Shown here piece by piece: positions 1 through 9,537 of a stretch of DNA of 64,000 nucleotides; within the stretch, counting starts at the first letter, position 1, and the number at the start of each line of letters is the position of its first letter. Location of the stretch: NCBI GenBank assembly GCA_964395115.1, contig CAYMZX010000001.1:14751-78750 (forward strand), read 5' to 3'. The notes beneath the pieces are model-generated. The model was given only the letters and a program-made list of their open reading frames with translations, was not told where the DNA came from and did no database searches. Source of the stretch: an uncultured Gammaproteobacteria bacterium (GTDB taxonomy: Bacteria > Patescibacteriota > Microgenomatia > UBA8517). The position numbers and the translations under genes are program-made.

Positions 1-479
1 TCCTCTACTCCGAGGTCTATAAGTTTTAAGATTTGGTTTTCAGGATCCGCATCTTTTTCGATAAGCATAAAGCCTTTGTTCTCGAAGTTAAAAGAAACAG
101 ATCCCGGACCCCCAAGTCTCCCCCCTCCCCTTTCAAAAAGGTTTTTTATCTCCTGAGAAGTCCTATTTCTATTATCTGTTAAAACTACAACCATTACGGC
201 AATGCCAGATGGACCAAAACCTTCATAGATGATTTCTTCCAGGGTCTGGACGCTAACCGAGCCGCTCGATATCGCTCTTTCAATATTTTCTTTGGGCATA
301 TTGGCTGTTTTGGCTTTATCCATAGCGACTCTCAATTTAAAATTAGTTTCGGGATTTGGGCCGCCGGATTTAACAGCAACAGCTATTTCTTTGGCAAGCT
401 TTGAGAATATTTTGCCTTTTTGGGCGTCTTTTAGTTCTTTTTGTCTTTTTATTGTAGCGTAGTGTGAGTGTCCGCTCAT
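1..479 (-). CDS. yebC: YebC/PmpR family protein (3' end runs off the window)
   Basis: Not in the ORF track. Manual translation from ATG at 479 gives MSGHSHYATIKRQKELKDAQKGKIFSKLAKEI...ANMPKENIERAI...YEGFGPSG...TDNRNRT, the YebC signature. Confidence 0.93.
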   Translation of the reverse strand, partial: MSGHSHYATIKRQKELKDAQKGKIFSKLAKEIAVAVKSGGPNPETNFKLRVAMDKAKTANMPKENIERAISSGSVSVQTLEEIIYEGFGPSGIAVMVVVLTDNRNRTSQEIKNLFERGGGRLGGPGSVSFNFENKGFMLIEKDADPENQILKLIDLGVE

Positions 480-501
480 ACGAAGCAATTATACAACAAA
501 A

Positions 502-552
502 AAGCGCCCCTTGGCGTTTGGTTTCTTCCGAAACCAAAGCTGCGGGGCGCTT
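502..552 (-). terminator. Rho-independent terminator-like hairpin
   Basis: Outer stem AAGCGCCCC/GGGGCGCTT and inner stem TTTGGTTTC/GAAACCAAA, followed by a T-run on the minus strand, just downstream of two small minus-strand ORFs. Confidence 0.75.
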
Positions 553-569
553 ACCTTCACTCAAAAAGA

Positions 570-710
570 TCAAACGAGCATTAGGACGAATCCTAAAGCC
601 CAAACAAAGCGGACAAAACCGGCGCGTTCAATGCCGACAGCCGCAATGAACAGGCTCGTGGAAACCAAAATGATCAGACCGACGAACCTTCTGATTAATT
701 CGCTATTCAT
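570..710 (-). CDS. 46-aa hydrophobic microprotein
   Basis: Below the track cutoff. MNSELIRRFVGLIILVSTSLFIAAVGIERAGFVRFVWALGFVLMLV*; GGAGGAG SD upstream; ATG overlaps the upstream stop (TAATG). Confidence 0.65.
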   Translation of the reverse strand: MNSELIRRFVGLIILVSTSLFIAAVGIERAGFVRFVWALGFVLMLV

Positions 711-901
711 TATCTCCTCCTGATTGCATCAATGGCAAAAGCTAACGAGATCATCCAGAGAACCATTCCTCCGGGTATCAGGGCGGCAATCACACCCCGA
801 AGAGAATTGGTTACTGGTACATACGGAATCAGAATTGCTCCGATAGCCGAAACCAGAAAGCCATAAATAAACAGCAATATGGCGTTTTCCATTTTGTTCA
901 T
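710..901 (-). CDS. 63-aa membrane microprotein (two predicted TM helices)
   Basis: Two hydrophobic stretches; AGGAG SD; upstream TTGACT-N16-TATAAT promoter at about 953-980. Confidence 0.65.
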   Translation of the reverse strand: MNKMENAILLFIYGFLVSAIGAILIPYVPVTNSLRGVIAALIPGGMVLWMISLAFAIDAIRRR

Positions 902-1007
902 AAAATGACTCCTGTGTATGAAGGTGCAAGATTCCCGATTTTTGTTTCCTTAATTATAACACAAATTCCTTTTAAGTCAAACTATGGGATGATGAATTTA
1001 CTGCCTC

Positions 1008-1035
1008 TTGACAGCTTTTTTGAGCTCTCTATACT
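1008..1035 (+). promoter_or_regulatory. Sigma70-type promoter TTGACA-N16-TATACT for the TPR gene
   Basis: Near-consensus hexamers shortly upstream of ATG 1052, divergent from the microprotein promoter. Confidence 0.6.
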
Positions 1036-1051
1036 CAAAAAAGTTACTGCC

Positions 1052-1744
1052 ATGGATGTCGATCTTGCCCAAAAAGCGGTTGCCGCTGCTCTCGCCAGGA
1101 ATTGGAAAGAAGCCGTTAAACTGAATCGCGAAATTCTCAAAATAGACCCCAACGATACCGATGCTTTAAATCGAATGGCTAGGTCCCTGGCAGAATTGGG
1201 AAATCGCAAAAGAGCCGTCATGCTTACAAAAAAAGTCCTAAAAATAGACCCTTTTAATGGTATCGCCCTAAAGGCTCTAAAAAAATATCAAGAATCATCG
1301 GAGGGAAAATCACCGCCTCTTACTAAACCCAACGCCGAAGCCTTTCTGGAAGAACCGGGTAAAACCAAAATAGTGACTTTGCTTCATTTAGGAGATCCTT
1401 CGCTTCTTTCTAAACTTTACTGCGGCGATGAAGTCAAATTTTCCATTGGCAGCCACAGAATATCAGTAGTCACTCTGGACAACAAATATATTGGACGGCT
1501 CTCGGATGATGTTTCTGCCCACTTGCGAAAACTTATCAAGGAAGGTAATGTGTACAGGGTGCTTATTAAATCAATCCAGCCTCGCAAGGTTAAAGTTTTT
1601 ATCAAAGAAATAAAGAGAGCCAAAAAACTGGCGAATATTCCCTCTTTTTTGCCAGAAAAAGTCGACTACATTTCTTTTACCCCGCCTGAATTAGTGACCA
1701 AAAGGAATGACCTAACCTTGAATTTTCCGGAAGAGGAAATCTAA
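1052..1744 (+). CDS. TPR-repeat protein with a C-terminal beta-rich (possibly HIRAN-like) domain
   Basis: TPR pattern WKEAVKLNREILKIDPNDTDALNRMARSLAELG. Start moved to ATG 1052 because of the promoter. Confidence 0.7.
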   Translation: MDVDLAQKAVAAALARNWKEAVKLNREILKIDPNDTDALNRMARSLAELGNRKRAVMLTKKVLKIDPFNGIALKALKKYQESSEGKSPPLTKPNAEAFLEEPGKTKIVTLLHLGDPSLLSKLYCGDEVKFSIGSHRISVVTLDNKYIGRLSDDVSAHLRKLIKEGNVYRVLIKSIQPRKVKVFIKEIKRAKKLANIPSFLPEKVDYISFTPPELVTKRNDLTLNFPEEEI

Positions 1745-1745
1745 T

Positions 1746-2672
1746 TTAATAGCGCCCGGCAAAAGTCTTTCCTATTTTGACGACGGCGTCAAAGTTGGCG
1801 GCCCTTTCCTTCTTAGATGTCGAACATGAATATACCAAGGAAATAAGGTTTACCAGTTTTCGGTGTCTTCCAAACACTTCGCAGTCGGTATCTTCCTCTG
1901 TCATTTTGTTGACGGCCGACACTTTGGCTCCTAAAACTTCGATTACCTTTCCCACCTCTTGGGCAATCTTCGTCTTCCCGGTTGCATCTCTTATTTCCAC
2001 CCTTAAGTTTTGGTTTGAAATTTCATTATCGGTAAAATAAACGATAAACTTTTCCATTCCCGATCCGCTGATAAGATAGCCCTCTTCCCCACCTGGTAAT
2101 TTAGTTTTTTTAAGATTGCCCCCATCCCTCAAATCAAAATCTACTCTCTTTGGATTTTTGATTGAGAGCGAAAAAAAGGCCAGCTTTATCTTGTCCCCTA
2201 TTTTAAGATTAGTTTCAAATGGAGTCACAACCGCCTTCAATATTCCAGCAAAATCACCGCGACTGTAAGCCAAAGCTGTTTCCTCCCCCCAAGAAACAAC
2301 CGGAAAGTAAAAATTCTTAACAATTGTTTCCCGCAAAAGTGTACCTCCCAATTTTTCATTCTCGCCCAATTGCCAAAGACTTTTGGCTTTCCAGCTCCCC
2401 AATTGCCGGGAAGCAATCAACTGGGTTGACCCAGGAATAAAAATGTTGACAATCGATTCTGTCTTAGGGTCAAAGGAAGAAACTATAACATCACCGTTTT
2501 TAGTAGCAACGGCCAGTATTAATTTCGACCTGCCGTCCCAAAATCTGTCAGAAAAAGCCAGTAGAATAAAAACCATTACCACGACAAGAAGAGCTATAAC
2601 TATCCCAATCCAGCCGACTTGTGGCTTCTTTTTTCTTATTAAGCCGAGTCTTCTTTTTTGGGCAGTAACCAT
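1746..2672 (-). CDS. Membrane-anchored LCP-like protein with a LytR C-terminal domain
   Basis: N-terminal TM helix; C-terminal VEIRDATGKTKIAQEVGKVIEVLG...DAVVKIG resembles LytR_C. Confidence 0.6.
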   Translation of the reverse strand: MVTAQKRRLGLIRKKKPQVGWIGIVIALLVVVMVFILLAFSDRFWDGRSKLILAVATKNGDVIVSSFDPKTESIVNIFIPGSTQLIASRQLGSWKAKSLWQLGENEKLGGTLLRETIVKNFYFPVVSWGEETALAYSRGDFAGILKAVVTPFETNLKIGDKIKLAFFSLSIKNPKRVDFDLRDGGNLKKTKLPGGEEGYLISGSGMEKFIVYFTDNEISNQNLRVEIRDATGKTKIAQEVGKVIEVLGAKVSAVNKMTEEDTDCEVFGRHRKLVNLISLVYSCSTSKKERAANFDAVVKIGKTFAGRY

Positions 2673-2681
2673 TTTTATATT

Positions 2682-4379
2682 TTAAGTTTTCGATTTTAAT
2701 AACCTTAATTTTCGTATTCTTTCGCTGATTTCCTCTTTAGATTTCCCCATCGATGAAAAAATTCCCCTAACAATAGCTACTGCCGCTTCAAATTCGGGTT
2801 GAATTACCCTATCTACCCCAAGAACTTTCAATTTATCAACATCTTCGTCCAGATGTGCCCGAGAAACAATTTTTACGGATGGGGCGATAGTCTGCACTTG
2901 AGTAATAACCTCCTCTTGAGCAACCCGATCCGGAATAGCTAAAACGATTGCCTTTGCCTCCCTTATACCAGCCGCCTCAAGAACTTCGATCTCTGTTGGA
3001 TCCCCATAAATAACTTCCCGGCCCTCTTTTTTTAAATTATTAACAATCTTTTGATTATATTCGACCGCAATAAAGGAGGTATTGGCTAAATCAAGAGCTT
3101 TTCCTACCCATCCGCCAATTCGACCAAACCCACAAACAATAATGTGGTTTTTAAAATTTTCACGCCTAATGAGGTTTCTTCTGTCCCAACCAAGAAGGAA
3201 TTTATTAAATACAGGCAACTTCGTAGAAATGTTTCTTATTTTTTTCCAAAAAGGAAGAATACTTCTGAATAAAAAGGGGGTCAATATCAATGTTAAAAGG
3301 GCGGTGGCAATTCCTACGGATATCATTTCAGCCGATAGTAGTTTCAAAACTCCTGCCTTGGAGAAAATGATGAAGGAGAATTCTCCAACCTGGCTCAGAC
3401 CAAGACCGGCGGCAACCGCCGTTTTTCCATGGTAACCCAAAAAAAGAGAAACAAAAAAAACAACGACAAATTTAACTAAAAGAACCAAAATTACCAAAGC
3501 CAAAATGAGACCGAAGTGATTAAATATTGTCAAAGGAGAAACCAAAAATCCCATGGTCACAAAGAAGACTGATACAAAAAGATCTCGCAAAGGCCTTGTT
3601 TCGGCAAAAACAGCATGATTTTCCTGGCTTTCCGAAATGACCACTCCGGCTAGGAAAGCCCCGAGGGCCGCGGAGACTCCGAAAAGGGAAGTTATTCCAG
3701 CTGTTCCCAAAGCCAAAGCCACCGCAGCCAAAACCAAAAGTTCTCTAGAGTTAGTAGCCGCAATTCGATGGATTACAAAAGGGGCGGCGATTTTACCAGC
3801 AACAACGGCGATGGCTACCAGCGTTGAAGCAAGAACAAGGGCCTTCAGTGCGGTAATAATAACTGCTCCTTCGAATAGCGCTAGCGATGAAACGATTACC
3901 ATAATCGGAACCACCGCCAAGTCTTGGACCAAAAGCCAACCTATCATTACTTCTCCGTGAGCGGTGTCGGTTTCTCCCCTATCGGCCAGTATCTTTACTA
4001 CAACGGCTGTTGAGGAAAGAGAAAATCCAAGTCCAAGGATTAAAGCGGCTAGAGAGTCAATACCCAAAAAAATCAGGAGAAAATAACTGAATAAGGAAAC
4101 TAAAACGATTTGGATCGAGGCCCCCAGAAGAGCAACCTTTAAGACTCTGCCTAAACGGGTCAAAGAAAGTTCCAGTCCAATTGAAAAAAGAAGAAGAATC
4201 GCTCCAATCTCCGCCAGTTTTTCTACACCCGAACCGGCAAAGGGAAAAGTAGCTCCAAATACAACACCGGCAATAATATATCCCAAAAGTGGTTGAAGTT
4301 TCATCAATCTAGCTATCAAGCCGCCAGAAAGCGCGGCGATCAAGACCAAGAAGAGACCTCGGAAAAAGGCAGGATCCAT
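2682..4379 (-). CDS. CPA2 (KefB/KefC-like) cation:proton antiporter with a TrkA-N domain
   Basis: Multi-TM; LSSTAVV, LLVQDL and LSQVGEFSF motifs; C-terminal GFGRIG Rossmann fold. Confidence 0.92.
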   Translation of the reverse strand: MDPAFFRGLFLVLIAALSGGLIARLMKLQPLLGYIIAGVVFGATFPFAGSGVEKLAEIGAILLLFSIGLELSLTRLGRVLKVALLGASIQIVLVSLFSYFLLIFLGIDSLAALILGLGFSLSSTAVVVKILADRGETDTAHGEVMIGWLLVQDLAVVPIMVIVSSLALFEGAVIITALKALVLASTLVAIAVVAGKIAAPFVIHRIAATNSRELLVLAAVALALGTAGITSLFGVSAALGAFLAGVVISESQENHAVFAETRPLRDLFVSVFFVTMGFLVSPLTIFNHFGLILALVILVLLVKFVVVFFVSLFLGYHGKTAVAAGLGLSQVGEFSFIIFSKAGVLKLLSAEMISVGIATALLTLILTPFLFRSILPFWKKIRNISTKLPVFNKFLLGWDRRNLIRRENFKNHIIVCGFGRIGGWVGKALDLANTSFIAVEYNQKIVNNLKKEGREVIYGDPTEIEVLEAAGIREAKAIVLAIPDRVAQEEVITQVQTIAPSVKIVSRAHLDEDVDKLKVLGVDRVIQPEFEAAVAIVRGIFSSMGKSKEEISERIRKLRLLKSKT

Positions 4380-4430
4380 TCTCTTTTAGTTTAAGAAAGA
4401 TTCGTTAACGTGTAAAGAGGTTGTGAAATT

Positions 4431-5132
4431 TTAGGCTTTCGCCGATAGATTTCCCAATGCCAATTTCAGTACCACCGGCAAATCAGATTTAAAAGACCTT
4501 TTCTTCCCATCAAGAACAAATTCTATAGCGGCGGCGTGCAAAAAAAGCCTCGGGCACCAAGTTCTATCTTGTCGACTTGTTTTACGACCAGCATAAAATT
4601 CATCGGCAACAACGGGATGGGCGAGAAACTTGAAGTGCACCCTTATTTGGTGGGTTCTGCCAGTAATCGGCCGGATTTCCACCAATGAGTATTCCTGGTT
4701 GTCTTTTGTGAAATATCTATTTATTTGATAAGCGGTTTCAGCTGATCTACCTCCGGGCAGTACGCCGAATCGGTCCCGCCGCCAAGGCAGTCTGCCAATC
4801 GGAGCTTTTATTTTCCCTCTTTCGGGTTCCAATCTCCCATGGATTAAGGCTAGGTAGGTTTTCTTTATTTTTCCTTTTTTAAATTGTTCCTGAAGTTTTC
4901 TAAAAATGTCTGCCGTTTTCGCTACCAGTAAGAGACCGCTTGTTTCTTTGTCTAACCGATGAACAATGCCCGAACGTTTTTCTTTGTTTTTCGCCAAGGG
5001 ATAGTCAAATCTTGTCAACCATTTTTGAATTATCTTTTGTCCCTTGGCCGTTTCTGCCTCGTTTACTGTCCAACCCGCTGGTTTGTTCAAAACAAGAATT
5101 TGCGAATCTTGAAAGACTACCTTAGGTTCCAC
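4431..5132 (-). CDS. RluA/RluD family pseudouridine synthase
   Basis: VHRLDKETSG, TGRTHQIRVH and LFLHA motifs; likely GTG start at 5132. Confidence 0.93.
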   Translation of the reverse strand: MEPKVVFQDSQILVLNKPAGWTVNEAETAKGQKIIQKWLTRFDYPLAKNKEKRSGIVHRLDKETSGLLLVAKTADIFRKLQEQFKKGKIKKTYLALIHGRLEPERGKIKAPIGRLPWRRDRFGVLPGGRSAETAYQINRYFTKDNQEYSLVEIRPITGRTHQIRVHFKFLAHPVVADEFYAGRKTSRQDRTWCPRLFLHAAAIEFVLDGKKRSFKSDLPVVLKLALGNLSAKA

Positions 5133-5133
5133 T

Positions 5134-5538
5134 TTACTGCTCTTCTCTTTTGGCGGCGTCCTTGGCACAAAGAGTGGTTTCTGGATAAACCATCAATCTG
5201 TCGGTATCGATAAGCTGACCGCAATCCTCGCAAACCCCGTATTTCCCTATCTTAATTCTTGATAAAGCTTTCCTTGTTTGAATGATATTCCGTTGAAGTT
5301 GCTGCTTTATGGCCGAAGCTCTTGCGTGACCAAACTGCTCTGCCGCTTCGGTGTCGGGTGAAGCGTTATCAATGATTCTATTGGTATCTTTGAATGGATC
5401 TTCTTTTTCAATTTCTTTTTTTCTTTTCTGAAGGCTTTTCAGCCGCTCCTGCAAAAATTGAGCAACCGGGTTTAGAACAGTCGCCGGAAATCTTATTTCT
5501 GAATTTCTATTTATTATTTCCTTTTTATTTTTACTCAT
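5134..5538 (-). CDS. TraR/DksA family zinc-finger protein
   Basis: Coiled coil followed by ALSRIKIGKYGVCEDCG...RL..YPETTLC. Confidence 0.85.
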   Translation of the reverse strand: MSKNKKEIINRNSEIRFPATVLNPVAQFLQERLKSLQKRKKEIEKEDPFKDTNRIIDNASPDTEAAEQFGHARASAIKQQLQRNIIQTRKALSRIKIGKYGVCEDCGQLIDTDRLMVYPETTLCAKDAAKREEQ

Positions 5539-6137
5539 GGGCTCTTCCTTGCCAGATTATATACGATGAGAAAGATAATAAAAGCCATCGTCCCAGAAAT
5601 TGCAGTCTCCCATTTTCCACTAAAGGATATCACATTTGGGAAAAAGGGGGCAAATCCAGCTCTGAGAAGGAAAAAAAAGAATATCGTAACTAAACCCGAA
5701 AAGCCTAATTTACCGGATTTATACCAGGCAAAGTATTTATAATGCGAGTCTAAAAAGGCAAAAAGGGTGAGTAAACAAACAACACTGAAAAAAGCCAGGA
5801 ATGAAGATAAACTCGACCTAACAATTGAATCCTTAAAGAAAACCAATCCCAGCCATGGCAAGAGGGCTAAAATTGCCGCTTCGATTGCCTCGTAGGGCCT
5901 GAACTTATACTTTAATAAACCGGCCGTCACTCCCAAAAGAGATCCCGCAAATTCGGACCAAAACCACCAATGGGGGAAAAATTTCAATGAAATCAAATAT
6001 CCTAGTCCTATTCCAAAAAGCAAATAAAAACAGATGCTAAAGATTGAACTTGAAGGATAATCTTCTTTAAGTTTTTTCCAAAAAAGGTAGAAAAAAAGAA
6101 ATGCGCCAAAAAAATTGATAACAATATTGATTATCAT
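5535..6137 (-). CDS. Multi-pass membrane protein, Lgt-like (short)
   Basis: Six to seven hydrophobic helices; GSLLG and YKSGKLGF motifs weakly resemble the prolipoprotein diacylglyceryl transferase fold. Confidence 0.45.
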   Translation of the reverse strand: MIINIVINFFGAFLFFYLFWKKLKEDYPSSSIFSICFYLLFGIGLGYLISLKFFPHWWFWSEFAGSLLGVTAGLLKYKFRPYEAIEAAILALLPWLGLVFFKDSIVRSSLSSFLAFFSVVCLLTLFAFLDSHYKYFAWYKSGKLGFSGLVTIFFFFLLRAGFAPFFPNVISFSGKWETAISGTMAFIIFLIVYNLARKSP

Positions 6138-6190
6138 CTTTTTATTATATCAGCAGATTTATTTGACATAGTTTGTTGTTAAAGGCTAAG

Positions 6191-6664
6191 ATGGTTCTTA
6201 CTGTGTTAGAGACTCCTCATGTTATTGTAGGGGCGGCAATAGCAACAAAAGTAGGCAACCCTCTTCTGGCAATACCATTGGCATTTACAAGCCATTTTAT
6301 TTTAGAAAAGGTTCCGCACTGGAATCCTCATTTAAATACCGAGACAGAAAAATATGGCAAACCTACCAAAAAGTCTACCTATATTGTAATTGCAGATTCT
6401 ACTTTGGCGCTTTTAAGCGGCCTCGTTATTGCTCAACAGGCACTTCCTAATCTGTTATCTTTCCTGACTATTCTTGCGTCTTCTTTCGTGGCCGTCCTCC
6501 CCGATCTAGTTGAAGCCCCTTATTTTTTCTTAAATTTAAGAAGTCGAAAAATCAGGCGGTGGATAAATTTCCAAAAATCGCTTCAGGTCGACGCTCCGTT
6601 TTTCCCTGGCATTTTGTCTCAAGTAGCAGTTATCCTAGCCAGTTTGTGGTGGCTAGCTACTTAA
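6191..6664 (+). CDS. Membrane protein, possible metal-dependent hydrolase
   Basis: H..VGAAIA, SHFILEKVPHW and LPDL motifs within hydrophobic helices. Confidence 0.5.
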   Translation: MVLTVLETPHVIVGAAIATKVGNPLLAIPLAFTSHFILEKVPHWNPHLNTETEKYGKPTKKSTYIVIADSTLALLSGLVIAQQALPNLLSFLTILASSFVAVLPDLVEAPYFFLNLRSRKIRRWINFQKSLQVDAPFFPGILSQVAVILASLWWLAT

Positions 6665-7217
6665 CTCTTTCAACATATTCCCCATTTTTGGTATTAATCT
6701 TTATCAGGTCACCGGCGTTTATGAATAACGGTACTTTTATTTTCATCCCGTTTTCCAAGATAGCCGATTTGTAGATATTAGTAGCCGAGTCGCCTTTAAC
6801 CCCAACATCGCATTCAATCACTTTAAGGATAACCTTTGGCGGAAGTTCAAAACTCAAGGGGCGATCCTCCCAAAAAAGCACTCCGATAATTTCGCCTTCT
6901 TTTATAAAATTAACCGCATCTCCCAATAATTTAGCGGGAATTTCTGTTTGTTCGAACGTTTTAGGATCCATAAAAACGCAAGAACGGTCGTCTTTGTAAA
7001 GAAACTGAAAATTTTTTTTGAAAGTATTAACTTCTTCTACTTTGGCATCCGAACCAAATGTTTTTTGTTCGATTCCTCCTGACTCCAAATTTCTTGCCGT
7101 AATCCTGACGGTCGCCCCTCCTCGACCAAGCTTTATATGCTCGTACTTAACTACTTGGTAGGGTTTACCCGAATGAAAAAAAGTAGTCCCATTTTTGAGA
7201 TCGCTAACGGCAATCAT
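6657..7217 (-). CDS. efp: Elongation factor P
   Basis: DLKNG, FMDPKTFEQ, GVKGDSA and VPLFINAGD motifs. True start is ATG 7217; the track extension runs into the tRNA. Confidence 0.95.
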   Translation of the reverse strand: MIAVSDLKNGTTFFHSGKPYQVVKYEHIKLGRGGATVRITARNLESGGIEQKTFGSDAKVEEVNTFKKNFQFLYKDDRSCVFMDPKTFEQTEIPAKLLGDAVNFIKEGEIIGVLFWEDRPLSFELPPKVILKVIECDVGVKGDSATNIYKSAILENGMKIKVPLFINAGDLIKINTKNGEYVERVK

Positions 7218-7220
7218 ATG

Positions 7221-7305
7221 TGCCGAGGGTGGGAGTCGAACCCACATGGGTTGTTACGCCCACAGGTTTTTGAGACCTGCGCGTCTACCATTCCGCCACC
7301 TCGGC
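7221..7305 (-). tRNA. tRNA-Leu(CAA)
   Basis: GCCGAGG acceptor stem, CAGGT-CTCAAAA-ACCTG anticodon arm, long variable arm, GGTTCGACTCC T-loop; CCA not encoded. Confidence 0.95.
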
Positions 7306-7443
7306 TTACAGCTTGGTATTTTATCAGATTAATAATAGGTTACGCCAATAGGGATATCTGCGGGTTGATAGGTCCGGAATAAAATTTTCCGGACCCGCGA
7401 ACTCTGGATTGTTGAGAACTCTCAGCGCCAAGCATAAACTTTT

Positions 7444-8766
7444 TTACTTTTCTCGTTTGGTTTCCCGACCATAAAACTTGATTCTGTCCCCTTTAAAAAA
7501 CAATTCGATGCTTCTAAGTGGGCCGTTTCTGTGTTTAGCTACATCCAACATTATATTTTCAGGCTTATTTTCATCTTCGCGCCAAATAAACATTACCACA
7601 TCGGCATCCTGTTCAATACTCCCCGATTCTCTTAAATCGGCCAATTGTGGTCTTCGGGAGCCTCTTTGCTCAACAGCCCGAGAAAGTTGAGAAATTGCCA
7701 ATACAGGAATTTTCAATTCTCGAGCCAAGTTTTTAAGCCCCTGGGATATTTCCGAGACTTCTTGAACCCTATTTTCTAATTGTCTACTTCTAGCTAACTG
7801 AAGATAATCAACGATTAGTAAATCTATCCCCGCCTCTACTTGAAGTCTCCGAGCCTTAGTTCTCATTTCCAGTATTGAAAGGGCGGGGGTATCGTCAATA
7901 AACAGCGGTGCTTCAGCTAATTCGCCCATTGCATTGCTTAATCTCGTAAAATCTTCCTCATTTAATTTTCCGGTTTTAAGCCTCCAGGCATCGATATCCG
8001 CTTGGGAAACCAACAGCCTGTCCACCAACTCTTCCTTGCTCATTTCTAAAGAAAAAAATCCCACCGGTCTCTTGTACTTAACCGCAACGTTTTGGGCGAT
8101 GTTAAGGGCCAAAGAAGTTTTTCCTATTCCCGGCCTAGAAGCTAAAATAAGAAGATTGGATCTTTGCATTCCCGCCAGAGTATCATCCAGATCCTTAAAA
8201 CCGGTCGGCACCCCTCTTAGTCCGGCTGCTTCCTTATGCAGTTCGTCCAATCTGTCAAAGCTCTCCGCCAGTGCGTCCCTAACAGGAATAAAGCTTTGTT
8301 TTAAATGTCTTTGTGTAAGCGCAAATACATCTGCCTCCGCCCTATCTAAAAGCTCGTCAGCCGCCAAACTGTCATCCATCGACAAATCAAGAAGTTTGCT
8401 AGCGGCCGTCATCAAGGATCGCTTGGTTGCCGCGTCTTTAACAATTTTTCCATAATGTTCTACATGAGCCGCAGTTGGGACTTTGTTGGTGATCTCGGCT
8501 AAATAAGTTGCCCCGCCTATTCTTTTCAATAATTTTTTCTTTTTAAGCCTCTCGGCCATTGTCAAAACATCGATAGGGATTCTCTCTTCATAAAGCTCCA
8601 GACAACATTCATAAATAGCTTTATGCCTTTCGTCGTAAAAATCTTCGGGGTCCAGGAACTCTGCCACCGCAATAATGGCGTCTTTATCTAAAAGAAGCGC
8701 TCCCAAGACCGATTCTTCTCCCTCATTTGAATGGGGCGGGATGCGGATTGAAAACTGCTGTGCCAT
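7444..8766 (-). CDS. dnaB: Replicative DNA helicase
   Basis: PPHS N-terminus, SRPGIGKT Walker A, VDYLQL, SQLSRAVE, DLRESGSIEQDAD, KHRNGP. Confidence 0.98.
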   Translation of the reverse strand: MAQQFSIRIPPHSNEGEESVLGALLLDKDAIIAVAEFLDPEDFYDERHKAIYECCLELYEERIPIDVLTMAERLKKKKLLKRIGGATYLAEITNKVPTAAHVEHYGKIVKDAATKRSLMTAASKLLDLSMDDSLAADELLDRAEADVFALTQRHLKQSFIPVRDALAESFDRLDELHKEAAGLRGVPTGFKDLDDTLAGMQRSNLLILASRPGIGKTSLALNIAQNVAVKYKRPVGFFSLEMSKEELVDRLLVSQADIDAWRLKTGKLNEEDFTRLSNAMGELAEAPLFIDDTPALSILEMRTKARRLQVEAGIDLLIVDYLQLARSRQLENRVQEVSEISQGLKNLARELKIPVLAISQLSRAVEQRGSRRPQLADLRESGSIEQDADVVMFIWREDENKPENIMLDVAKHRNGPLRSIELFFKGDRIKFYGRETKREK

Positions 8767-8816
8767 TTTCGCTCCCCTTTTTCTAGCAATATCTGTTCTG
8801 AATGTAAAGAGGAAAA

Positions 8817-9464
8817 TTACTTCTTTTCCAGTACCACTATTTTTGGCTCTTCTCCAAGTTCTTCTTTCTTAACCGAAAGTTTATGAACGTTCTCTACCCT
8901 CAATCCTACTTCTTTTAAGAACTCCTCGACGGGGGCCAATTTAGCAAAAATCTCGGGATTCAACCCGGGAACTTGGTAATGCATAGGAATTACAATCATC
9001 GGCTCGATTTCCTGAATAACGGCCACCGCTCCCGAAGGACCTATGGTATATTCTCCACCAACCGGAATAAGCAGAATATCTATATGACTAAGGTCCTCTA
9101 AAAGGTTCTCTGAAAGTTTATGTCCCAAATCGCCAAGATGGCAAATTCTTAAACCGTCTATCTCCAAAACATAGATGGTATTTTTGCCTCGATTAGCTCC
9201 TTCTTTCTCGTCGTGATAGGAAGGGAGCCCCAAGATTGAAATTCCCATGACTTCGTATTCCCCTGGGCCAGAGATTACCTTCTTTACCCCATTAACCAGC
9301 GCCGCCCGATTGTGATCCTGGTGATCGTGAGAGATGGTCACAATATCAGCTTTAACTGAAGAAAATTTGAATCCAACCATTTTGGGGTCAAAGGGATCAC
9401 AAACAACCGTTCCTGTTTTTCCCCTAAGAAGGAAGGAAGAGTGACCCAAATAGTTGATATCCAT
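8817..9464 (-). CDS. MBL-fold metallo-hydrolase
   Basis: LGHSSF, SHDHQDH, HLGDLG and IPMHY motifs. Confidence 0.9.
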   Translation of the reverse strand: MDINYLGHSSFLLRGKTGTVVCDPFDPKMVGFKFSSVKADIVTISHDHQDHNRAALVNGVKKVISGPGEYEVMGISILGLPSYHDEKEGANRGKNTIYVLEIDGLRICHLGDLGHKLSENLLEDLSHIDILLIPVGGEYTIGPSGAVAVIQEIEPMIVIPMHYQVPGLNPEIFAKLAPVEEFLKEVGLRVENVHKLSVKKEELGEEPKIVVLEKK

Positions 9465-9537
9465 TACCACTGAATATTAACAAGTGTGGTTTTTCTTGAC
9501 AAGAGGCTTGCATTTTCCCTATATTTAGGAACATTTA

